The translations under genes and the position numbers were made by a program. The notes beneath the pieces are model-generated. The model did not search any database, was not told the origin of the DNA, and saw only the letters and a program-made list of their open reading frames with translations. From assembly GCA_010356995.1 (NCBI GenBank), contig ML996705.1, positions 1 to 64,000 of the forward strand: 64,000 nt of DNA, in the 5' to 3' direction. The DNA comes from Trichodelitschia bisporula (Eukaryota). Below, piece after piece: positions 12,444 through 23,641 of this stretch (the stretch's first letter is position 1; each line of letters starts with the position of its first letter).

Positions 12444-14245
12444 TCAAAACACCTCCGATTGACCCACCCGCACCAACGGGCCCCCAATGGGGAACATCTC
12501 CTTGTCGTCCTTCACCTTACGGCGGAACAGCTTCAAGTCGCGCAGCATCTGCTCCGCTTCATGCTGCAGCTCCAGTGCCCAGGCCTCCTTCTCCGCCTCC
12601 TCGCGTTCGGCGTCCTCATCGCGAGGCCGTAGTTCAGCAGGAATAACAATCGGATGCTTAAGCTCGCCAACCACAAGCCCAAGATGGCGCCTTAGAGTCT
12701 CAATCTCCCCGCGAAGGCGCACATTCGTCGGGCGCAACTCCTCGACCTCGAGCGTGAGCGCTCGAATCCGGGCATCCGACACCTGGCGCGTCTCCTCCAT
12801 CAGCCTTTGCATGTTATCGACCTGGCGCTGGTAATCCTCGAGGCTCTCCATCTCCTCCTTCTTGCGCTCAGCCGCGCGATTGACGCTCAATTGCAAGTTC
12901 TTAATCGTCGCCGCCATGGCCGAGATCTGGTCGTCGCGCTGCTTCGCCGTAATAGCATCCACGTTGGCACGCACCTGCATGCGGATGCGCTTCGCCTGGT
13001 CCGCGTACCGCAGCGTCGACAGCGTCTCTTCGTAGTCCGTTGGCGAGACGCATGCCACCATGGCCGTTTTGCTGTTGCCGCCGAGCGAGTCTTTCAGTAG
13101 CCATGTCAGCACCGAGTCGCGGTACGGCACGACCTCGTTTGTCGGGAGCCGGGACATGCGCCGGCCGGGTGTACCAGCGCCGGGCGTACCGGGACGCGGT
13201 GAGTTGCGCCCACTGCCGCCGGGAACCACGCGACGCTGGTCCGCAAGCGCTGCAATGACGCGTCCGAGCGTCGTCAATGACTTGTTGATTAGTCCGCCCT
13301 CGACGAGTCGCTGTCCGGTGGCCTCGGTCTTGTTGGCGCGCTCTGAGCCGGCAAGATCGACGAGCCGCATGCGCGATGTCGTCTCAACGGTCTCGTCGTG
13401 AGTAAGCGAGTGCTGAATCTGCTTGAGGCAGATGGTGAAGACGGCGTGTGAGCGTGACGAGGTATCGTTCATCTTGGTCGCGGCGACGGTACGGTTCTGA
13501 AGGTCAGCAGAGCTTAGGAAGCGCAGATATGACATACCTTGTCGCCCTTCTTGATGAGCTCCTCCACGTCCGCGTAACTTCGCACCGTGGCGTCCGTCAG
13601 ACCCTGAATGTACACACCATCCGCTGGTGACTCGCGGATCTTGAGGTATCGTGTGTCGCCGCCACCAACCAGCAGGTCCCGCACGTGCTCGTTGTAGACC
13701 TCAAAGTAGCTGACATGGACATTGTACGTCGTGTTGGGCACGGGCTGGTGTTTGATACGCTGGAACAGGGCTTCGCATGTGCGCGGGATGAGCCCCGGCT
13801 GCTGCGGCGTACCCATCATCGTGTACGACTTGCCCGATCCCGTCTGACCGTACGCAAAGATGCAAGTATGGAAGCCCTCGAAGTTGTGGTCTAGAAACTC
13901 TTCGCCAAATGACCGGTACACGTCTGCCTGCTCCGCGTAGTGGGCCGAGCCGGGGTCGTGCGACCAGAACGACTTGTCGAAGGTAAAGGTCTTGTCTTCG
14001 AGGTGTTTTCGCGACCGGTCGCTCGCGGCGGGCGCCATCAGCGTCGTCGACTGCGTTGTGGGATCCATCTTGATGAGGCATGGCGACCCAGCATCGAGTT
14101 CTGGCGGTGTCAGCGGTAAAGAATCAGACGGTGAGTTCGTACACCGTAATATAGTGAGACCAGCGAGAGAAGAGCAATACATACCACGCTGCACGAAGCG
14201 CCGCACGCGCACCACCACCTTCACGCTTGACGACTGCTTCTCCAT
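12444..14245 (-). CDS. Short kinesin-3 family motor (UncB/NKIN3-like)
   Basis: Motifs [30 protein letters not shown] (P-loop), [39 protein letters not shown] and [11 protein letters not shown], followed by a short coiled-coil tail. Introns at 14101-14184 and 13497-13537. The start could be an upstream in-frame ATG. Confidence 0.9.
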
Positions 14246-14571
14246 GTTGTGGGCGGGATCGGCTCGAAAGGATGGGGTGGAGGCTGAAGTTTCAAACTGC
14301 ATGTCGAAGGAGCGCAGACCCGGGTCTATAATATCAAGGAGCAGGAGCTTCACGTCCAGCACGATGTCGTGGAAGCGTTGACGGCGGAGATTCAGCATGG
14401 GAGGCGCGCTTGACCCACACCTAAAGGCGGCTAAAAACAAACAAAGCGCCCAGCCCCGCCAGCCGCCACGGCAACGCCCGTGTCAACAACATCCACCCCG
14501 CCCCTGGCCCGTGCACCGCATTCCACCCCCCCCTCATCTGCGGTGCAACAAAACTCCAGCAGGCAGAACAG

Positions 14572-17500
14572 ATGGGAGACAGTGATAGCCAAGATCCTTT
14601 GAGCCCGCGTCTGCTGGCGCAGCATTTATCCCTACTCGAGCAGCATTGTTCAGAACCACTGGACCACGACAGTCCCGACCTTGGCCCACTCCTCTTACTG
14701 CTCGACCTCCTCCGCGATTCTCCCACCCCGCGCATCTTCCTCAATTCCCACTCCGATCCACCGCAACCTGAGCCGGAGATCCAAATCTGGAGGGTTATTG
14801 TTTCATTATGGGACAGCCGCATCGGACAGTCTCTGCTACTGTGGGCCAAATGGATCTCCGTTCCCGCAGTCCAGCCGCGCAGCGTCCTCAACGATCCCGT
14901 CTACTGGCAGCGACTGCAGGACAGCCTCAAGGGACAGTCGAGCGCCCAAAAGCTGGCTCTCCACATTTTGGAGCGCTCGATCCAACTCCTGGATGACGAC
15001 GTCGATGGCCCAACCCTGCATTACGTCGCGTCCCGGCGGACAGAGTACGTCGACGCCTACAGCGCCTACTGCCGGCTCTTCGAGATCATTGTCATCGGCC
15101 GCTACATCAATCAGGTTCAGGTGTGCATCAACTCGTGGGCCAATTCCTGTCCACAAAAGGCCCTCACTTTGGACCACCCTGTCCACAGCACGTGGTGGAA
15201 CGCCCTCTTTGCGGCCGCACTTTCCCAGCCCAATGCCGGCATCCAACAGCTCATCGGGCGTTGGCTTCTCGGAAACTACCTTATGACAACATACGCCGAG
15301 AGCTACGCTTCTCTTGTCACCCAGGCGCTCCTCCCTTGGGCTGCACGTGGCCCGCTTCTGTCAAAGACGCTGCGGCGCGGCAGAAATGTTTCGGACAACA
15401 ATGACCGACTGTTGCTACGATTCGGGACTGTCACCTCGGACCACGGTGAGCAGCTCTTGTGGTTCTGCACCCAACTCACGTCCGGCGATGCACGGTCGAA
15501 GCTGCAATACGCGAAAGCCGTCCTCCGCTACTTTGTAGATCACCCCTGCCACGCCGCGGTGTGGGCCTTCATCGGCCTTGACTGCGGAGTTCCCGGCTGG
15601 ACGCTCGATGTGGAAGCTCTTCGTCTCATCCAAAAACTGGCCTTGGCCCTGACCGGTGTGCGTCGAGCCATCGTTTTGCATCGACTCTTTGAAATCTGCA
15701 ACGACGAGCCCCCCGTGACATCCCCCGCATGGCGTGCCGTGGCCCGCTTCCAGGCCGACTGGCGGGCCACCCACGTGCGGCTGCACGCAGACGAGGTGGA
15801 TGCATGGCTCGGCATCAGCCCCGGCCCGACGGCCATTCGTGAGGGCAAGTGGGGCGAGCTCATGAGCTCTGTCGAACTCGCCATGCGGCATCCGTCGCAG
15901 GACACCATCACGCTGGCCTGGGGGCTGGCCTCTGATCTCAACTATCCCCTAACTGTGATGCAGTCGTTCCCTGACATACTCCTGCACCGAAACGCGATAG
16001 ATCTGGTGGAAAAAGAGTTAGCAATCAAGCAATCCGTCTTTGCGACATTCCTCGCCGACATGTGTCTCCAGCTTTACAATATCGGGCAGAGTAAACCGTG
16101 CATCTGGAACCGACTGGCGGCCGCTGCCCGAAATGCATTTGTGCCGGCACCCCACTTAATCTGGATACTGTTGGATAATCTCATCGTGCAGTTTGCGAAT
16201 GAGCCTCCGCGCGCCTCTCCGGACTTTTTGCTTGATGTATCCTTGATTTATACTATCGGCAGATTTGTTTCCGCAAACGAGGCGTACGGAAATGCGTGCT
16301 TCTTCGATCTTCTCAACGTCAAAGGCGTGGGCCTTCCCTACCCCGAGTTCAATAGCCAGCGGACTTTGCAAAAACTCTTTGATCCGTGGCTGGCACAGCG
16401 CGTGCCGGCGCCGATGGTGACCGCTTGGAAGCGAAGCACCCAGCTTCAAGTGATGGCGCTCCTCGTCAGGTCGCAGAGTAGCAACACCTTCGATCAATGG
16501 CAGCAGCTCTACACCAACTTCATGCGCCTTTTGGCGCTCGAGCCTTCACCGCCCCTCCGCAGCATCCTCGAGTGGATTATCAGCTCCATCAGCCTTCATT
16601 CCAGGCTCAACTTCCAGCCCGAATTTATGGCGGACATGCTTAGACGTCTCCAGGATCCAGAGGACTCCAACCCGAAGTTCGTTGCATCGATAATCCGACT
16701 GGCTTCTCGCTTCATCATCCATTCCAAGAAGGCAGCGTTTAGGGAGTTTTGCACTGCCGTTCTCATCGCCACGGTGCCCCTCTGCACCCACCCCAAGGTG
16801 GTCATCCGGCATGACGCCCAGCGGTGCTTCCCGCTCGTCTACAAATGCGCCGAGGAGGCCGAGTGGCCCGTTGCGGAGAACCCGGCGCTATCAGCGTTAG
16901 ACCATTTTATCCGGCAGTTGGATGCCCTACGGAATCCGCCCGCGAGCAGCAAATTCGAGGCGCTCGGTGTCTTCCAGCCGTTGGACTTGACCTCACTGTT
17001 TATGGGTGAGCATTTCGGCCCGGAAGGAGCTTTGTTGGTCGCCGACTTTGGCCTGCTTTTTTCAGACGAAATGCACTTCGAGAGAAATGTGCCGTTCGGC
17101 GACGGTTTCTGGTCGGCACCGAAGCTAAGCATGCCACCCCCATCGCGTCCAGGCTCAGCTGGTTTCACAGGCGATTCAGCACCTGATTCTCTGGCCCGAG
17201 GGCCTCTACAGACCAAAGCCGTGTCTCACCCAGATCATCTCAACGACAAAATGGCGCCCGTCCAACTGGACCCAAACCACAGCGCCCCCATATTGATTGC
17301 GTCATTGGTCGAAATGGCCGTCAACTTAGGCGGCTTATCCCGTATCGCCGACATCTTCGGGGCCTTCGAGATGCACGTCCACGACAAGGTGGCTCTCAAG
17401 ACAGCAGAGTTCCAGAGCGTGTCGGTGGCCAGCGATAAGCACGTATCCGTTGTCGAAACGAAGAAAGAGAACATTGCAGCTTACTTGCGCCGGCTGAAGC

Positions 17501-17751
17501 AAGACGGATGGACCGTAGTGGGCGTCGAGCAAACCGACACGTCCCTCGTCCTGGGAAACGACCACTCACTGCCGAAGCGCGCTGCGATCGTCATGGGTGC
17601 CGAGAGAACGGGCATTCCGGGAGGCATTTTGGCCGAATGCGACGTGTGCTTCGAGATCCGCCAGTGGGGTGTGTCGCGAAGTCTCAACGTCCAAACAGCG
17701 GCGGGCATCGTGATGCACGAGTGGCGGCGCATTTGGGGCGACGGAGCGTGA
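14572..17751 (+). CDS. TRM3: TRM3/TARBP1-like tRNA (guanosine-2'-O)-methyltransferase
   Basis: Single 1059-aa ORF. C-terminal SpoU domain (NLGGLSRIADIFG, VVGVEQT, MGAERTGIP, EIRQWGVSRSLNVQTA) follows a long helical N-terminal region. Confidence 0.85.
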   Translation: MGDSDSQDPLSPRLLAQHLSLLEQHCSEPLDHDSPDLGPLLLLLDLLRDSPTPRIFLNSHSDPPQPEPEIQIWRVIVSLWDSRIGQSLLLWAKWISVPAVQPRSVLNDPVYWQRLQDSLKGQSSAQKLALHILERSIQLLDDDVDGPTLHYVASRRTEYVDAYSAYCRLFEIIVIGRYINQVQVCINSWANSCPQKALTLDHPVHSTWWNALFAAALSQPNAGIQQLIGRWLLGNYLMTTYAESYASLVTQALLPWAARGPLLSKTLRRGRNVSDNNDRLLLRFGTVTSDHGEQLLWFCTQLTSGDARSKLQYAKAVLRYFVDHPCHAAVWAFIGLDCGVPGWTLDVEALRLIQKLALALTGVRRAIVLHRLFEICNDEPPVTSPAWRAVARFQADWRATHVRLHADEVDAWLGISPGPTAIREGKWGELMSSVELAMRHPSQDTITLAWGLASDLNYPLTVMQSFPDILLHRNAIDLVEKELAIKQSVFATFLADMCLQLYNIGQSKPCIWNRLAAAARNAFVPAPHLIWILLDNLIVQFANEPPRASPDFLLDVSLIYTIGRFVSANEAYGNACFFDLLNVKGVGLPYPEFNSQRTLQKLFDPWLAQRVPAPMVTAWKRSTQLQVMALLVRSQSSNTFDQWQQLYTNFMRLLALEPSPPLRSILEWIISSISLHSRLNFQPEFMADMLRRLQDPEDSNPKFVASIIRLASRFIIHSKKAAFREFCTAVLIATVPLCTHPKVVIRHDAQRCFPLVYKCAEEAEWPVAENPALSALDHFIRQLDALRNPPASSKFEALGVFQPLDLTSLFMGEHFGPEGALLVADFGLLFSDEMHFERNVPFGDGFWSAPKLSMPPPSRPGSAGFTGDSAPDSLARGPLQTKAVSHPDHLNDKMAPVQLDPNHSAPILIASLVEMAVNLGGLSRIADIFGAFEMHVHDKVALKTAEFQSVSVASDKHVSVVETKKENIAAYLRRLKQDGWTVVGVEQTDTSLVLGNDHSLPKRAAIVMGAERTGIPGGILAECDVCFEIRQWGVSRSLNVQTAAGIVMHEWRRIWGDGA

Positions 17752-18581
17752 GCACGGCTCATGAGTTGTTTGGTGATGAGCACAGCCGCCCTTTGCAGCC
17801 CGATGCCGCCTATTGGCCCGGCATGGAGCCTTGAAACCTCCCTGAACCTACAGATGGAATCAAGTCATCTGCTCGCGCCGAATGCACCTCCGGTGCAGTC
17901 GTGGCCAGCCCAAGCGGCGTTCATTCGACAAACATGAAGGATTGCAGTAAGAAGCTTCGAGCGGCGTACCAGTTCAGAGGCATGCGAGGAGCTAGCGACC
18001 AATTCACCACGGGCGTGGACCTGGAAGGCCATGAGCTGAAGTTCTGTTGGGCTTCAGAGGCATTGAAAGAAACGCCACCGGTTCCCATTTCAAGCGCAAA
18101 GGAGAGTACGACGAAAAGAGGCTCAATCGCACGACCGGTTTTAGTCGCCTAAAGCGGTCCGGTGCTGGAATGTCGTCGTGGTCACTTGCTCATGTTTAGC
18201 GGTCGGCAGAGTGCGCGTTGGTGGGTATGCCCGCAATTAACCCATGAGATGGTATTCGGCCATTGATCCATCGGATATTCGCCATTCTTGCATGCAAAGG
18301 ACGAATGACAGAAGTTAAGGACTTGAGAGAAGGTTGGATGTGGTTTCGTCTGATGGTTGGTTCATGAGAGCAGGAACATTACAGGGTTACATCCGATCCC
18401 GTCCATCGTGATCGTGCCTTCCTTCAGACCAGTAATTTTCCCCTCCAAACCGCATCCCCGCCCGGCCCCTCTGACTATCCATAGTTGGTTTTTGTCGCTC
18501 TTTTGCTTGACATCAATCTTTCCGCTCCCCGTCAACTCTTTACCCGCTGTGCTCCTGACCAGCGTAACCCCCCGCTGCGCA

Positions 18582-19723
18582 ATGCTTTCTTTCTGCACGC
18601 TGCCACTCTTTACGATCGCCCTTCTTGTCGCTGGTGCGCTCGCCCTACAGCCGCAAAACGCCGAGACGCATCTCATCTATCTCACCGACATCATCGGTCT
18701 CAGTGTCAAGGTTAGTTAGCCTGACTCGCCAAAATCAAACAGCTTACCGAGACAGAATGCATCCCTTCTCTCTCACCTCTTGCCCCGCCAGAATCCCTCT
18801 TGCAACCCTGACGACGACGACGACGATCCCTCGGGCTTGGTCCGTCGCGACGAAACGTCTGACAAGTTCAAGGCAGCAGTGTGCAAGGGAGATAAACTTC
18901 TTGCCTTAATGCAGGCGAGCGAAGAACACGCTGCTAAAATCGCGGGACAGAGCCAGGAGAGTCCCTTTCAGGACACTGCCGACATTGAGCAAAACGGCTG
19001 GTCGGCTGCAGAGATGCCCATGAAGACTCGCCTGTCGATGTATGATTTTCCCGAGGCACTCGAGGCCATAGGCATAGAGGAGCCGACTGGTCCTGACACC
19101 GACAACCGCATCATAGCCTTGAAAAATGACCGACCGTACACCGTGAGCGGACAGGAATATCCAGTGAGTTTAACGGCTCCATGGTGAATCCGCTAAACGG
19201 ACAGGGTACACAAGGAATCTATCTGAGCGTCTTCAACACCAAGTCGCTGGTGATCGCCGCCCTCTCAAACTACGGCCCGCGTTACAAGCTTGCTGGCACC
19301 ATCGGGGCCGAGAATCAGCCTCCGCCGACTTTAGAGCGCTGGTCGGACCTCGTCTTCCTCGAGTGGCAAGCCTTGATGGGTGGCTCCGGCGGACGGATCG
19401 ATGCTCCCCGGTATGTCCTGCGGGTGGATGTACAAAACCAGGACACACAAATAGTCGTTGGTGAAGCTCTGCGCCGTGTCATTTGCTTCCCACCCATGAG
19501 ATCTGCCGACAAGCTATATTGGCCCGACTGGCCTGGTATGACTTTTTCGACCAAGCGCAAAAAGGGGAAGGCCATCCTCGGAACACCAAACGTGTTCGGC
19601 GTAGCTTACTTTCTAATCCAACATAAGAGCAAGCTGGGCAACCAAGTCATCACACAGATTACCGTATTTAAGAGTTCTTCAACGATGGCTAAGATGCTTC
19701 TGCTCAAAATAGAGGCGGCCTAG
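18582..19723 (+). CDS. Uncharacterised secreted pre-pro-protein, paralog C (3 exons)
   Basis: Signal MLSFCTLPLFTIALLVAGALA. Introns at 18711-18755 and 19164-19204. Candidate processing sites LLPRQ and LVRRD. Motifs VCKGDKL, RWSDLVFLEW, APRYVLRVDV, ILGTPNVFGVAYFLIQHKSKLG and KIEAA*. Confidence 0.88.
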
Positions 19724-20039
19724 CTCCCCTAAAATATGAAATGTTGACTTGTATTGTGCATATAATTGTGACTGCCGGTTTGGCTGGGTCCATTAATTCC
19801 CTTTGGCGGCGGTCGGACAGTGACATGAATTTTGCTTCGGAGGACTGAGTTTGGGCTTAAGGAAATGTCTTGAGCAACTTCACACTTTCTGCCACAAGTA
19901 ACACCTTACACCCGTCCATTGGCTTCTGCAAGCTTCCTGTCAGCCAGAGGGCGAGGTCCGTTCATGTACCAACCTTCTTTTCCGCAATCTAAGCGGTACC
20001 TAGTACTACATCCTCTGCTCTCCTGCGCTCTTTCCCTCA

Positions 20040-21280
20040 ATGTTGTTCTTTACGGTTCTCCATGTTTTGGCTCTTGCCGCGCAGGCCTTCGCTTTTCGTT
20101 CGGCCAACGACGCCGCCCAACTTTATGTCAGGGTTTTCGATACTCTCAGCGCCAGCTTTGCCGTGAGGAAATCTACAATGGTTCAACCCAGCGCTTACTG
20201 TTCTAGAATGCATCCTTCCACAACGCCACCAAGTTATCCGCTAGACAGGCACCTGCTCATGTCTGCGATACCGACAACGACGTCGAGCCGACATCTTCTG
20301 CGGCTCCTCCGGTGGGTTTGTCGGGCGCTCCCCAGTGGGCATCGGACGACGCCTGGAAAGAGGCGAAATGCAAAGGCGAACGGCTTTGCAACTTGATGCG
20401 AGCGGCAAAGGACGAAGCAACAGCTATTCTGAAGGCGGATAGTGAAAGCTCTTTCCAGAACCCCGCGGACAATCCCTTCAAATCAAGCGGCTGGAGAGTG
20501 TTGGAGACTTACAGCACAACGCGCCTCTCGCAATATCGCATTTCCGCAGCTTTAAGTTCAATCGGCGTTCCAGAGGAGGCAGGGAAGGGTACTTCTAACA
20601 GGCAAGTCATAGCTGTCCAGGACCGGCCGTATACCGTCGATGGCAACGAGTACCCAGTAAGCATAAGCTCCGATGCTATTCGAAGCCGACCGACTAATCT
20701 CAACTACAGTACACTTCAGCGACGTTTAGCAACGTGTACAACGTCGACGCGCTCTTCCTTGGAGCCACCGCAAACTTCGGGGTTCAGCACCAGATGGCTC
20801 ACCGCCCTCATCTCAAAGATAATCCTGCACCCGCCCTAAACCGCTGGTCAGATGTTGTGTTCACGATCTGGGACGGCTTCATGGGTGGCCAACCTGGGCC
20901 AATCAAAGCACCCAGATATGTGATGCGTATAGATCTCCAAAACCTCGAGACCAAGCAGCTAGTAAACAAAGCCTTGAGTATGCTTGTGTGTGATCCTCCT
21001 TTGACTGAGGAAGAGAAAGCTAGCTGGCCGGCGTGGCCGGGCGTGTCTTTTAGCACCGAGCATACCAAAGGCAAGGCTCTGTTAAGTGAGTGAGCTTTCC
21101 AGCCGGTAATGCCAGATATTAACCAGAATAGATGCACCAAACGCTATTGGCGTTGCCTGGCTTCTCATCAACCATAAAGTGCGATTTGGCAGAAAGACTA
21201 TCACTGAAATCACGATTTTCAGTGCCGGTACTCCAGGGCAGGAGAAAAAGTTTATATTGCTCAAGATTGAAGATGCGTAA
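20040..21280 (+). CDS. Uncharacterised secreted pre-pro-protein, paralog D (4 exons)
   Basis: Signal MLFFTVLHVLALAAQAFA. Introns at 20163-20206, 20657-20709 and 21086-21131. Motifs WKEAKCKGERL, RWSDVVFTIW, APRYVMRIDL, LLNAPNAIGVAWLLINHKVRFG and KIEDA*. Confidence 0.88.
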
Positions 21281-22116
21281 ATGCTCACGCTTTCAGCGCG
21301 GAGTTAAGGTCAGCCAACGGGAGATATTTGTGTAGTACCAAATCAGCTTTGAACGCACACACAGCATGTGCCGAGAATTTAAAGCCGTAGCTAACGGCCG
21401 GTTGTGACGTTAGAGACCGACCGTGATATAGGCCGCCGTTCACTAATTGGGAACTTCGTGGGTACACTATGGGATGCATGGACACCCACGATGTATAGAC
21501 AGTGCGCCTGCTGACGGCCGCTTGCTGCAGATTATTTGACCTTACAGCTCTAGCATAAGCAAGAGTTATGATTTTAATAGCTGGTCAACGTCTGTTTCAT
21601 AAGCTAGTTGTGATTCTTTGAATTGGTCGTTCACTGCGCCTCCCCGTCTCAAGCGGACGAAGGTTCCGTCCGATGGCTGGTGTCATCGCCAAACTTTACT
21701 TTTCGGCTCTGCCCAGCTCCATCAGCCTTCATTTCACCTATCAGGTGAATAAAGCTCCCGGGTGAAATATCTGACTGGATAGATGTAATTCCCAAGCAAA
21801 GATGTGCATGTTTCGTCTTGGACAAGGCTGAATCACGTGTTGAAGCAGCTCTTGGCATTGCTTCGGGAGCTTCAAGATGCTTTGGATGATAGATGGGGAA
21901 GTTGCGATGGAGCTTCCGGTCTTGGACAATGAGCAGCAAACATATCTGCAAAACCTTTGACCATATTTTCTTGCATTCACATCCGCACTCACGTCCTTCA
22001 CATCCGCAGCCGCATCGCAACGAACAGTAAACGCCCCTGATTGCTACCTCTTTCACTGGACAATACTAGCAGACACGCACACTCCCTCTACATTCGCAAA
22101 GCCACCGTACGCCGCC

Positions 22117-23207
22117 ATGCATTCAGCAGTAATTTGCCGCCTGGCACTCATCGTGCTGATCCCTTTTCTTCTGGTCCTTGCCAATTGCTCCATCGCCGGC
22201 AACAGGGTCCGCACGATCGGAGCCGCACATGTGAACATCTCCGTCCCTCAGTCACCAGTCCGCTAACCCAGATACTCCAGCCCTCCAACACCTCTCACCC
22301 AGTCGCGCCAGTCCTTCGAGCGCGCACCGATGATACGCAATGGCAAGAATGGGTGTGTAAGGGCGCGAAACTTCACCGGTTGATGGAAATGACCATCGAG
22401 GAAGCGTCGAGAGAGCTAGGGAAGCCGTCGGAAAGCACCTTCACTCGCGCCGACCTTACGACGAGTGGCTGGGCCAAGATCCAGCAGCCGGACTTCTATT
22501 ACTTGGGCAAGTTCCAAGAACAAAACTTCCAGCAGATGTGCAGTGCAATTGGCGTCACCCTCGACACCGGTGTGGGCACGCCAAACAACCCGGTCCAGTG
22601 GACACAGGACGAGGAATATCTCGTGGATAACGAGTTTCTTGAGGTGAGTTTCTTCTGGGCGAGGTTGATGCCATCTGACCCTGAATTCTAGCCCACCAAC
22701 GGATGGTACACAAATTTCTTTAATCCTGCCGAAGGCCTCATTGTGGCGTGGTCGAATCGGGGACCTAAGTACAGACTCAAAGAGGAAGGTAGGGGGCGCC
22801 AGCCGGCGCCGCCGCTTTACCAGTGGTCCGACGTCGTGGGCTTGGAGTGGATAGCGCAGAGGGGTGGCTCGTTCACGACCGATCCGGTCGAGGCTCCGCG
22901 GTATATTCTAAGAGCGAATATAGCCAATGATGAGACCCTGGATATTATGGACGAAGTATACAACCGGCACCCAGCCTTCAAAACCATAGACCCGCCTGAT
23001 TGGCCTGGTATTTCCGTTCGGACCGATGATGAGTTCGGACAGACCCTTCTGGGATCTCCGAACGGTCGAGGGTGTGCTTGGCTGTTGATTCAGCGGAAGG
23101 CGAGATTCGGCATGAAGAAGATAGGAGGGATAACGTTCTGGAGGAACCAGCGTGGGCTGCGTGAGATGCTTATGGAGGTTGAGGATGTGGGTAATGCGGC
23201 TGTCTAA
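22117..23207 (+). CDS. Uncharacterised secreted pre-pro-protein, paralog E (3 exons)
   Basis: Signal MHSAVICRLALIVLIPFLLVLA. Introns at 22231-22280 (weak GTGAAC donor) and 22644-22691. Motifs WQEWVCKGAKL, QWSDVVGLEW, APRYILRANI and LLGSPNGRGCAWLLIQRKARFG. Confidence 0.82.
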
Positions 23208-23641
23208 GGTTAAGGTTAAGCTGGAACCAGCCGATCACGCCCCGTGCCGACGCGCTTCCGCCAATCGCACCTGTGCCGATTCGCCGCACTCGCTTTGCCG
23301 ACAAAATCCAACGCTGTCTGACACTCCCATGCCTGCTGGAATTTTGCTCAACATGCAAGCATCCATCCCATGTCTTGAGGCCGCTGACGTTGTGCTCGAG
23401 GTATTCCCGAGGCCGTTCTTATTTCCGCCGACATGCGCGCCCTACGCGGTTGCGCGGGACGAGCGGCACGCCGCGAGAAGCTTTGCGCCTGGAACGATGT
23501 CCATCGTGCAGCACTTGGCCGAGACCATGCCTTGGCCCGAGGCGGCACTCTTCAAGAGTGAATATAAAATGCGACTCAAAGAATTGCCGCACCAGTTGCT
23601 CATTAACGTGTTCTATTACCCCTCCATCCTCTTCACCAATC

